Shown here: one piece after another, positions 25,502 to 35,300 of the stretch
How the letters are laid out: every line of letters begins with the position of its first letter
Position numbering within the stretch: position 1 is the first letter of the stretch
Origin: an uncultured virus (IMG/VR IMGVR_UViG_3300030012_002808)
Taxonomy: Duplodnaviria > Heunggongvirae > Uroviricota > Caudoviricetes
Virus record (IMG/VR): IMGVR_UViG_3300030012_002808
Length of the DNA: 64,000 bases
Direction: 5' to 3' (one strand)
Notes under the pieces: model-generated
Seen by the model: only the letters and a program-made list of their open reading frames with translations
Told to the model about the DNA's origin: nothing
The model's database searches: none
Program-made: the position numbers and the translations under genes

Positions 25502-26893
25502 ATGAGTACAATAAAGAAAATACCATTCATAAGCTTAAATGCAGATATTGGAAAAGATGAATATGGCAAGATAGTCATAGATAGTGTATATGTTAATGAA
25601 ACAGATATATTAAATATAATTGAAAAAGCAAAGTATAATAAATCAAACCACGGTTTGAATTTTAATACTGGTAAGTGGACACCACAAATGAAAGATAAGA
25701 TTTATTTTATGAAGGGATGTACCGTCCCAAGAATAAAACTTAAAGACTTAGCTGTAAAATATAAAATAAGAACTACTACTGAGTTAAGTAAAGCAACTGT
25801 AGTTGTTGGTAGTGATAGAGCTGGAGACAAGCTGTTTAGCAGTACTTGGATGCATTTAATTCACCCAAAAGTGTTCCTAGCTACTTTAGATGCTTTGGAA
25901 GAAGTATGTGATGATTTTGATGACTATTACCGTAGTAAAGCAAACGATATACTTACAGGATTTGATATGGATACTTTAGAATATGTAGCTGTTGATTGGC
26001 ATACTAAAAATCTATGCAATCCTTTTAATAACTCTAATGGACCGTTACCTAAAAAGATTCTTGACAAACTAGGTCTTACTATAGATCAATATGAAGCATC
26101 TGAATATGCAAAGATATCTAGGAATAGTGAGTACCTATGGACTATTAGTGATAAGAATCTAGAAACCTGGGAAGAAGTTAAAACCAAAAATGTCATTGAG
26201 CAAAATGCATTGCTTGAAGTTGTTAATGGTGATGATGCTGTCTTAATTGATTTGGAAACATATCAAAACTTAAGAAACATGTTCAATAGTTCTGACAGTG
26301 ACAATCATGTAATGGCCATGGAGATTATGGCTAACTCTAATTATCTAGAAAGTCTTCTCTATCTTGAGATGTTATTCTTTCATCACAATCATCAGATTGA
26401 AAGCTCAAGAACTAAAAACCATGTTAACTTCAAGTCATTGAAGAACTATCTTGGTAGAGGTAACAGTAGCAGTCGTCATATTGATGGTGTTATTGAAAAC
26501 TTAATGTCCTTTGGTAAATGCGATGAGTATGCTCTTGAATTTATTATGGAGGATCAGAAAGAATACTTTGCTCAAAATGGTTATTCAAGGTATATTCAAC
26601 CTACTTCTTATGGTATAAGTCCAGAGTATGCGCCACAGTTAAATTACCAGTGGGTCCATAAAACTCCAAACTTTGTAGATAAAACTACAGTACCTGTAGT
26701 TGAAGAAGAAGAGATTGTTGAAGATACTGTAGATGAAGTTACTGTTTCTGAACCTGTCACGGCAAATCCAGGCCCTCTGGCCGATCCTGAAATTGAAGAG
26801 GAAGAAGTAGAAACAGAAGAAGAAGCTACAGAAGAAGTATTAATAGCAGAAAAAGAAGAAAAAAAGAATGGACAAGAATTTGATTGGTTCTGA
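25502..26893 (+). CDS. hypothetical protein: BRCT-like segment, SxDxDN motif, acidic tail
   Basis: IYFMKGCTVPRIKLKDL...ATVVV; NLRNMFNSSDSDNHVMAMEI; Glu-rich tail ending EFDWF. Confidence 0.75.
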   Translation: MSTIKKIPFISLNADIGKDEYGKIVIDSVYVNETDILNIIEKAKYNKSNHGLNFNTGKWTPQMKDKIYFMKGCTVPRIKLKDLAVKYKIRTTTELSKATVVVGSDRAGDKLFSSTWMHLIHPKVFLATLDALEEVCDDFDDYYRSKANDILTGFDMDTLEYVAVDWHTKNLCNPFNNSNGPLPKKILDKLGLTIDQYEASEYAKISRNSEYLWTISDKNLETWEEVKTKNVIEQNALLEVVNGDDAVLIDLETYQNLRNMFNSSDSDNHVMAMEIMANSNYLESLLYLEMLFFHHNHQIESSRTKNHVNFKSLKNYLGRGNSSSRHIDGVIENLMSFGKCDEYALEFIMEDQKEYFAQNGYSRYIQPTSYGISPEYAPQLNYQWVHKTPNFVDKTTVPVVEEEEIVEDTVDEVTVSEPVTANPGPLADPEIEEEEVETEEEATEEVLIAEKEEKKNGQEFDWF

Positions 26894-27899
26894 TGAACTA
26901 AATGCGTTTTATAATGAGAAGTTTTACTTTAGTTATAGTAGCATAAACAAACTATTGTTTTCACCAGGCATGTTTTTTAAAGATTATGTGCTTAAACAAA
27001 AGGAAGAAAGTGTTGACCCTCACCTTGTAAAGGGGAAGGTCATACACTGCCTTCTTTTAAACCCTGAAGACTTTGATAGTGAGTTTATAACTGTACCAGG
27101 TAAACTTCCAAGTGGTAATAATAAGTTAATAGTTGATGAAATTTTCAAATTATATTTGGAAGGTTCAGATAATTCATTAACTTTGGACACGTATGAGGCT
27201 GCAATAGTAGACCTCCTAGAGAAAATAAACTTGCATCAAAAGCTTAAAACTGATGAGGCAAGAGTCAAGAAAATCTTAACAGCTGATAACATTAGCTATT
27301 TTGAGTTTCTGAAATCAAGCCAAGGCAAGACTTTAGTAGATACAGATACACTTGAATATTGTAAAGAGTGTGTAGAATCTATAAAAAGAAATGAAGATAT
27401 TATTCAATTGCTACAAGTTAATAAAAGAGAGGAAGACACACACATAGAAGTATTTAATGAATTACCTATTAGTATTGAAAGTAAAATTTATACAGATGAT
27501 AAAACATTTGGATTTAAAGGTATACTTGATAATATAATTATAGACAATGATTCCAAGACAATATTTATTAATGATGTTAAAACAACAGGTAAGCCTTTAG
27601 CAGATTTTCCTGATTCTGTTGAATATTATAAATACTACATTCAGGCAGCTATTTATTATCAACTAGTATTTTATAAATTTATTAGAGATAAAAAAGATAG
27701 TTTAGAATGGCGTATTAATTTTACATTTGTTGTAATTGATAAGTATAACCAAGTATATCCTTTTCAAGTATCAGATAAAACTATGATAAAGTGGTTACAA
27801 GGTCTTAGAGATGAAATAATACCTATATTAGAATATCATTATAATAATAAAGACTATACTCTACCATATGATTTAGCTATAGGAAATGTAAAATTGTAG
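26868..27899 (+). CDS. PD-(D/E)XK exonuclease (RecE/DUF3799-like)
   Basis: FSYSSI, GKVIHC, ELPI, FKGILD, INDVKTT, YYIQAAIY. Confidence 0.85.
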   Translation: MDKNLIGSDELNAFYNEKFYFSYSSINKLLFSPGMFFKDYVLKQKEESVDPHLVKGKVIHCLLLNPEDFDSEFITVPGKLPSGNNKLIVDEIFKLYLEGSDNSLTLDTYEAAIVDLLEKINLHQKLKTDEARVKKILTADNISYFEFLKSSQGKTLVDTDTLEYCKECVESIKRNEDIIQLLQVNKREEDTHIEVFNELPISIESKIYTDDKTFGFKGILDNIIIDNDSKTIFINDVKTTGKPLADFPDSVEYYKYYIQAAIYYQLVFYKFIRDKKDSLEWRINFTFVVIDKYNQVYPFQVSDKTMIKWLQGLRDEIIPILEYHYNNKDYTLPYDLAIGNVKL

Positions 27900-27903
27900 A
27901 AAT

Positions 27904-28491
27904 ATGGGATTAAAATCCATTTATAGTAAATATTTTCAGAAGTCTAAGGTATTTTTATACCCACTTCTAGGAGTAAGAAGAGGTAATAATGTTGTCCCAA
28001 TAGAAACATATGTCTGTTGGGACGATCATTTTACACATGAAGACATGAAGTTTATATGTCTGTATGAAACAAAAAAAACATCTGAGTATAAAGATTTTGA
28101 AAGGAACGTTCTTATAAAACATACAAGATTACTTGAATTTGTAAAAAAGGATAATAAAGCTATATTTGTTTTTGATTTTAATGATCTAGAAGAAGATTGG
28201 GATCATTTTATCAATGGTAAATATAGTAAGCTAAGTTCAAATGTAAAGAGTAAAATATTAAAGTTTTTTGATAAGCACAGTGGTAATTATGCATATATGT
28301 ATAGTTATCTTATGCCTGAAAAACATTTTTCAGAATATTCTGAAATTCTAAATGTAGAAGAAGAATTTTTGAGAAAAGTTGGAGAGCTATGTAATAAACC
28401 TGATCTTAAAAAAGAAACATTAGTATTTGAAATTGCTAATTTAGACGAGTTAGAAGAAGAAAATAATAACCAAACAAACCAAACAAAATGA
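27904..28491 (+). CDS. hypothetical protein
   Basis: 195 aa, FLYPLLG...FINGKYSK. Confidence 0.75.
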   Translation: MGLKSIYSKYFQKSKVFLYPLLGVRRGNNVVPIETYVCWDDHFTHEDMKFICLYETKKTSEYKDFERNVLIKHTRLLEFVKKDNKAIFVFDFNDLEEDWDHFINGKYSKLSSNVKSKILKFFDKHSGNYAYMYSYLMPEKHFSEYSEILNVEEEFLRKVGELCNKPDLKKETLVFEIANLDELEEENNNQTNQTK

Positions 28492-28865
28492 AGGAATCAA
28501 CCTCAAAATCAATGATGCTTATAAATAGCATATGGAATGAAAAAGAAACATTTAAATTAATACCTATATCTGACAATTGTCCTTATACAGAGTGCATTTA
28601 TGATCCAGATAGTAGTGTATTTGTAATAATATCTAAAATTAAAAAGACTACATTGCACATGCTACCTCAGCTTGATGATTATGGACAAAGAATTACAGGA
28701 ACTAAGGGTGCAAAACAAAGTAGACATAAGATGGAAGTGTTTCAGGAGTACTACATAGATAACACAGATGATATCAAAAATGTCATACAAATCTTTGCTA
28801 ATAATTCTGATTCATTTGATTATGATAAACATATGACTAAAAAAAAGGTAGCTGAAGTTAAATAA
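28488..28865 (+). CDS. hypothetical protein
   Basis: 125 aa, CPYTECIYDP. Confidence 0.75.
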   Translation: MKESTSKSMMLINSIWNEKETFKLIPISDNCPYTECIYDPDSSVFVIISKIKKTTLHMLPQLDDYGQRITGTKGAKQSRHKMEVFQEYYIDNTDDIKNVIQIFANNSDSFDYDKHMTKKKVAEVK

Positions 28866-28871
28866 ATACAC

Positions 28872-28901
28872 AACCTGGGATGTAAAAGTCCCAGGTTTTT
28901 T
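28872..28901 (+). terminator. intrinsic terminator
   Basis: AACCTGGGAT-GTAAAA-GTCCCAGG-T6. Confidence 0.8.
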
Positions 28902-28936
28902 AAAAATGGGGGGACAGCTTAACTGAACAAATTTAT

Positions 28937-30874
28937 ATGGAAAGAACTCATTGGGTAATGGATTATGAGACTATGACCAACTTATTTGTTGGTGTATTTG
29001 AGTCTTATAATTCAGAAGAAACCAAAGTATTTACAATTCATTCTTCTATATGTAATGACATAAAACCTTTAATTAAATTTCTACAAAGAAATAAAAGTTT
29101 AAAAGAAAAGCATATATCTTTTAATGGTATAAGTTTTGATTCTCAAATCACTGAGTTTATTTTAAAAAATCAAACCCAACTTCTGAAGATGGATGCGCAA
29201 GATATTGTGGAAGCCATTTATGCTGAAGCACAAGAAGCTATTAGTCGCAGTAATGCTAAGGAATTTAGCAAATATCCTGAGTGGAAGCTTAGTATTGAGC
29301 AAATTGATGTATTTAAAATAAATCATTGGGATAATGTTAATAAAAGAACTAGTCTTAAGTGGGCTCAGTTTGCTATGGATTGGCCAAATCTTCAAGATAT
29401 GCCTATACATCATACTGAAAAGGTTTATACAGAAGAAGAAATACTTATGATAGTTAAGTATTGTATAAATGACGTTAGATCTACAAAAAAGATTCTACAT
29501 CTGTCAAAACCTTTAATTACTGTAAGACGGAAGATAAAAGAAAAATATGGTTTAGAATGTTATAATTACTCTAATACAAAAATAGGATCGCAACTGTTAC
29601 TAGGATTGTATTGTGAAGCAACTAATCAAAAAAAGTATGATGTAAAACAATTACGAACTTATAGAAATGGAATTAAAATAAAAGATATTTTATTTGATTA
29701 TATATCTTTTCAAACACCTCCTTTTCAGCAGTTTCTTAAAAAACTAAAAGAAAAAACAATTTATAATACAAAAAGTGATTTTAAGTATAAACTAAGATTT
29801 AAAGGATATGAGTTTCATTATGGTGCAGGTGGTATTCACCAGTGTATTAAACCAGGTAAGTATCTTGCTGAAGGTGATATTATAATAAAAGATCTAGATG
29901 TAGCATCACTATATCCTAGCATTGCTTGTATGAATAACATGTCTCCCGCACATTTGGGTGATGAGTTTTTTCAAGTATATAAAAATGATATTGTTGATGT
30001 AAGACTTGCTGAAAAGAAAAAACCTAAAGCTAATAGAGATATTGCTATTATTGAAGGATTTAAAGAAGCTGCAAATGCCACGTATGGTAATAGTAACAGT
30101 GAATATTCTTGGTTATATGATTCAAAGTATACTATGCAGACCACTATTAATGGTCAGTTATTACTAAGTATGTTAGTAGAAGACTTACTTATTAATATAC
30201 CTGAGTCAGTTTTATTACAAACTAATACTGATGGTGCAACCTTGCAGTTTGACAAACAATATCTTAACAAATATGATGAAATATGTAAAGCATGGGAAGA
30301 AAAAACCAAACTTATTTTAGAATATGCTGATTACTCAGCAATGTACATATGGGATGTAAATAATTATATAAGTATTTACACCAACGGAAGTGCTAAATGT
30401 AAAGGTAGATTTGAGTGGGAAGATTTACAAAATCATAAACATTCACATCTACATAAAAATAAAAGCCATTTGATTGTGGCTAAAGCTATATACAATTACT
30501 TTGTAAATGGAATAAACCCTGAAAAATACATAAAATCTAACACTAATATATATGATTATTGTGCTGGGGTAAAAATCAAAGGTGATTGGTCATTTTATGA
30601 ATCATCTATCAAAGATGGTAAATATGTAGAAGAGAAGCTTCAAAAAACTATTAGATATTATATATCTAATAAAGGATCTAAAGTCCTTAAAATTAATAAC
30701 TCTGATAACAGACAAATTCAAGTTGAAGCAGGTAAATGGTTACAAACTGTATTTAATACATATATAGAAAAACCATTTGAAGAATATGATATTAACTATG
30801 ATTATTATATAGAAAATATCATGAAAGAAATAAAAATATTAGAACCTAATAATCAACAATTACAATTATTTTAA
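28937..30874 (+). CDS. family B DNA polymerase with 3'-5' exonuclease
   Basis: Exo DYET, FNGISFD, YCIND; Pol DVASLYPS, KEAANATYG, NTDG, VNNY, KCKG. Confidence 0.95.
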   Translation: MERTHWVMDYETMTNLFVGVFESYNSEETKVFTIHSSICNDIKPLIKFLQRNKSLKEKHISFNGISFDSQITEFILKNQTQLLKMDAQDIVEAIYAEAQEAISRSNAKEFSKYPEWKLSIEQIDVFKINHWDNVNKRTSLKWAQFAMDWPNLQDMPIHHTEKVYTEEEILMIVKYCINDVRSTKKILHLSKPLITVRRKIKEKYGLECYNYSNTKIGSQLLLGLYCEATNQKKYDVKQLRTYRNGIKIKDILFDYISFQTPPFQQFLKKLKEKTIYNTKSDFKYKLRFKGYEFHYGAGGIHQCIKPGKYLAEGDIIIKDLDVASLYPSIACMNNMSPAHLGDEFFQVYKNDIVDVRLAEKKKPKANRDIAIIEGFKEAANATYGNSNSEYSWLYDSKYTMQTTINGQLLLSMLVEDLLINIPESVLLQTNTDGATLQFDKQYLNKYDEICKAWEEKTKLILEYADYSAMYIWDVNNYISIYTNGSAKCKGRFEWEDLQNHKHSHLHKNKSHLIVAKAIYNYFVNGINPEKYIKSNTNIYDYCAGVKIKGDWSFYESSIKDGKYVEEKLQKTIRYYISNKGSKVLKINNSDNRQIQVEAGKWLQTVFNTYIEKPFEEYDINYDYYIENIMKEIKILEPNNQQLQLF

Positions 30875-30875
30875 T

Positions 30876-32099
30876 ATGCCAAGAAAGATAAAAAGCTATG
30901 GTAGGCAAGATCTGATAGATGTTGCCTTACCTAATTATGCTGATTCGTATACTGTAATAAGTCATGAGTCCGTAATGGACTTATCAACTAAAGCATTGGA
31001 AGATGCTGGATTTAATGTAACAGGTGAAAACTATAGAGCCACACATGATGGTAATATAGCTTCAGCTATTTATACATTGGACTTTGGAGATGATCCAGAG
31101 TTGTCTATGATGTTTGCATGGTCAAACAGTTATAATAAACAAATGAGGTTTAAATGCGGGATTGGTGCAATCCATAGACCAAACTCTACAAGTTTAGTTT
31201 GTGGGGACATGGGATCCTGGGCAAGAAAGCACACAGGTTCTGCAGATACAGAAACCAAAGAAACAATAGAGCAGCAAGTAAAGCTAGCTAAAGTGTATTA
31301 TGAGCAGCTATGTTCTGATAAAGAGGCCATGAAAAAGATACCTCTAGATGTTAGAAAACAATCACAGATACTAGGTATGCTATTTGCTGAACATGATATC
31401 TTGACTACTGAGCAAGCTAGTTTGATCAAGCAACAAATGAGTAGACCAACTTATAAGTGTTCTGAACCAGGTACACTGTGGGAGTTCTACAACTTTGTTA
31501 CTATTGCTCTACAGCAATCACATCCAAAGACTTGGATGGAGGATCAGAGAGTTCTACATTGGTTTATCAGTGATACATTTAAGTTTGCTAAGGTAGATGT
31601 ATCAGAAACAGCAACTGAGATTATAGAAGAAGCTGTAGCCACAATAACACCTGCGGCCACCAGTGACGACCAGGGACCAGCTGAAGAAAATGAGGTTAAT
31701 GAAGCTACAGTAGATAATAAAGCCACTGTAGATACAATACCTGAGAATTCAACAGAAGAGACCGAGGATCCTGCTCAGGTAGATCTAGAAGACTCTATTG
31801 CTGAAATTGAAGCTGAAAATGCAGCTGATGCAGAAATGCAAGAGATGAAAACTGAAAAGATCATTGAGGAGAGAGAACAAGAAGATGAGATTGCTTCAGA
31901 GATTAGTGATGCAGAAGCTGCAGAGCTAATCAAAGGTCAAGAAGCTGTTGATCAGCAAATGGCACAAGAAGCAGCAGCTGATAATTCAGTGTCTCATGAA
32001 GATATTGATGAAGATCTAGAATTTGATCTAAACCTTACAGAAAATGATGCAAATAATGAAGATATAACTTCAGAAGATGCAGATTTTGACTTTGCTTAA
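30876..32099 (+). CDS. DUF932-like protein with long acidic tail
   Basis: YTVISH...NSYNKQ..F..G....C....RKHTG...LWEFYNFVT; ~170-aa Asp/Glu tail. Confidence 0.65.
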   Translation: MPRKIKSYGRQDLIDVALPNYADSYTVISHESVMDLSTKALEDAGFNVTGENYRATHDGNIASAIYTLDFGDDPELSMMFAWSNSYNKQMRFKCGIGAIHRPNSTSLVCGDMGSWARKHTGSADTETKETIEQQVKLAKVYYEQLCSDKEAMKKIPLDVRKQSQILGMLFAEHDILTTEQASLIKQQMSRPTYKCSEPGTLWEFYNFVTIALQQSHPKTWMEDQRVLHWFISDTFKFAKVDVSETATEIIEEAVATITPAATSDDQGPAEENEVNEATVDNKATVDTIPENSTEETEDPAQVDLEDSIAEIEAENAADAEMQEMKTEKIIEEREQEDEIASEISDAEAAELIKGQEAVDQQMAQEAAADNSVSHEDIDEDLEFDLNLTENDANNEDITSEDADFDFA

Positions 32100-32119
32100 T
32101 TAAGCATGTTATCAGAAAG

Positions 32120-32156
32120 AAGGGGGAATGGCTTAGGCTGTTCTCCCTTTTTTTTT
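32120..32156. terminator. terminator between the convergent genome arms
   Basis: AAGGGGGAATGGC-TTAG-GCTGTTCTCCC-T9. Confidence 0.85.
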
Positions 32157-32160
32157 AGTG

Positions 32161-32313
32161 CTAGTTTCCTATTATATGAAAGGCGATAGTACTTATAAAA
32201 AAATATACTTTAAATGTGGTAATATTTTCTTTTTCATCAGGACCTATATATTCCCACCCTAATGCAAATCTGTCATGGGGCCAGTGAAGTGATATGTCTA
32301 ATTGCCAATTCAT
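32161..32313 (-). CDS. small hypothetical protein (not in ORF track)
   Basis: 50 aa MNWQLDISLHWPHDRFALGWEYI..., starts 1 nt after the giant gene's stop. Confidence 0.6.
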   Translation of the reverse strand: MNWQLDISLHWPHDRFALGWEYIGPDEKENITTFKVYFFISTIAFHIIGN

Positions 32314-32314
32314 A

Positions 32315-35300
32315 TTAACTAAATCTTGTTGAACTACCTTCTAAGTTTTTTAATACTGTTACAGGATCTCCTGTACCGCCTGTAAAACCTATTGCTTTAA
32401 ACATTTTCTTATATATTTTAGGAGTACCCTTTTGTTGCCACCAATAGGGCCCAGTATCTTTTTGATACTCTGGTAAACCATTACCACTAATAAAACTTAA
32501 AACATCACCAAATATCTGAGCATATAGTGTAGTAGTGTTATACCAAGCAGAAGAAGTAGAAGTAATCATCTTTGTATAATCATCTAAACCAAAATTTTGA
32601 CCAGCTACCCTAGGCAGTGGTATAAAGGCAGTTGTTTCTGCTTGTACACCTAGTGTAAGTAACAAAGCATGATTAGCAAGAAAACCATATGTATCATAAC
32701 CTCCTTGGCCATATGCGGCTGATCTTCTTTTTAATTTTTTCCATCTATCATCATCATCTGGATCAAAACCTAATAACATAGACGATATTAAAGCTAGCAT
32801 AATTGTAGCTAGACCCTCACTAGCAAACCTTCTAAAATCACCCTTCTCTTGATCCGTTAAGTATTGATAATCTGCCCCTTTAGATTTTATTACTTTGACT
32901 AAAGTTTGAAAAGCAGATATATAATAACCTTTTGTATATTTACCTAGCGCCCAATCATATCTATAACCACCATCTGTCAATGTAGCAGTTTTTGGATCAA
33001 ATCCAAACCTATTTACAAACATAGGTGTAAACCACTTTCTCATAAAAAAGAATAATCTATAGATAACATACTTATTACCTTCAGGTGCACCCATTCTATC
33101 ATATACACCAAACAATCTTCTTGATGTACCTTGTAGTTTATTTTTAAACCCTGCAAATTTCTCAGATTTAGCAATTACTATTTCTTGACCATCTTCTAAT
33201 TGTATTTCAGATTTAATTCTATTCTTAGCTTTTAATTCATCAACTGAGATATAATATTTTTTAGCAATCTCTTCTAATGATTCTCCTTCTACATAGTCAT
33301 GATATACAGGTACATTATTCCATCCTGGATGCACGCCTTCTTTTAATTTTATAATACCATCAGCATCTTTTTCCCATGCATCTACATATCTTATAGACTT
33401 TTCAGTACCATCACTAAGAATTTGAGTAACTTTTTGACCATGTAAAAAGCTTCCAAATAATTTAACAGCCACATCCATTTCACCAAATTTTCTATGCATA
33501 AACACCCACTCCATATTTGTAAGATCTTTTACCATAGATCGCATAACTTCTCTACCAAATTCATCTGTAGTTTTAAATACAGGATCAAATATTTGAATTA
33601 ATTGTGTGCTTATTGCCCCTGGACCAACACCATAAATACCTTTTCTAGTCCACTCTAACATAGCTTTAGTAGACCATGGAGTAGCTAAAGCTAAATCTTT
33701 TGATGTAATAAAGTCTCCACCTGTTGATTCTATAATAGTTTGTACATAACCTGATATCTGGTTCTTTAAATCTGCTGGTATATTTAATGCCAAAGATCCC
33801 CAACTAGAAAAACCTTGAATTTTTTGTAATATTTTACCCATCATAGGATGATTTTCTTCAAGACCTGCTACTTGTTTACCATAATATTCTCTTTCCAATA
33901 AAGATCTAACCTGACCAGCTCTATTATTTGTAGCTCCTTTTTTAAGAACTTGTTTTAACTTACCCTTTAGTCCTATTTGATTTTTAGAAAACGTATCTAG
34001 TTCTTTTAATTGATTCTCAGGATCTTCTAATGTGTCAAGCAAACTCTCTACTAATGGCAAACTTTCTAATAATTTACCTTGAGTCTGAATAGATAAAGCA
34101 TATCTAAACATAGTTGATATCACATCTGCATCAGTAATGTCCAAATCAAGATTATAAATACCTGTAATAGGTATGTAACTTACTTGTTCACCATTTAAAT
34201 CCGTATTTACTAAGTTATTTTTAGCATCATAATTTTGATCATTTTCAAAATCTACTTTAGACTTACCAAACTCTTGACTAAAAAAGTTTTTAAGACCAGC
34301 CTTTAAATCTCTAAATCTTTCACCGTATTTACCACGTTGAAGTTTTTGATAAATATCATTAGTCTTTGTTGCATATCTAGGCATATCCATATACAACTTA
34401 CCATAGTTACTCATACCTTTCTGCATGTCTAAATGATATTCAGTCATAGCTTTTAAAAGTTGATATTCAGCAGAGTTTTTATTAGCACTAAGTTGCTTAA
34501 ACCTTTGACTTATGAATCTATCATCTTTTGCACTATACTCTTGATCTTGACCATGCTCTCTTGGTAGCCAATTTCCTTTATTATCTACATACTTACCTAC
34601 GTAATCTTCTCTATTCTCACCAAAAGGAATAGTTCTATATTCATTTTTAACCTCAAATCTAGAATGTCTTGGTGCAGGTACACCTAATAATACAACCTCT
34701 TCATTTGTATTAGTATCAATAATAGTTGTAGTTTCTATATGATCTGGGTTAGAAGGTATTTTTACAACGTTTGCACTTGTAGGTAGATATTTTATATCTA
34801 GTGACTTAGTTTTTGTATTATAAAAAGTTTTTTCTATATGATTTAATTCAAACCAATCTTTAAATGCTTTATCATTATCTAAGATTTCTTGAAACTCATC
34901 TGAATTAATAAAAGATTCTACTTCAGATTCACTAATTTCTTTAATATTTTGTTTTGATAAAGAAAAATTTAAAGCATCTAAATAATACTCTGTAGGTAAA
35001 GTATCAGTCATACTGCCAAGCTCTTTGAATAATTCCTTTAACCTGACCTGATCTTCTGAAGATAAACCTATGTCTTCTTGTAGATCTGATAAATAAATAA
35101 ATCTATCTGCTTCAGCTGAACCTGGAGAAATTTCACCACGATTATTCATAGCAGTTAAATTTCTTAACTCTTCTAATTGCTGTGATGTTAAACCAGTTCT
35201 AGATTCTGATTCTTGCTGATAATCTAATATATCTTGTTGAAGCTCTTTAATTCTTCTTAACCTTTCATTACCCATTTCTGTTGAGATAGGCTGATTAAAT

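Noticed and set aside
28937..30874. Intein or intron in PolB (also checked DnaB, primase and vRNAP)
   Set aside because: Motif spacing and lengths are normal; no intein C...HN boundaries or LAGLIDADG motifs seen
1066..31726. Short minus-strand ORFs in the + arm (1066, 1891, 5259, 7212, 10100, 10714, 11304, 11882, 12416, 13790, 15014, 15873, 17340, 17855, 18057, 23353, 29162, 31544) and the nested + ORF 23495
   Set aside because: They overlap well-supported genes or RNAs and have shadow-frame composition
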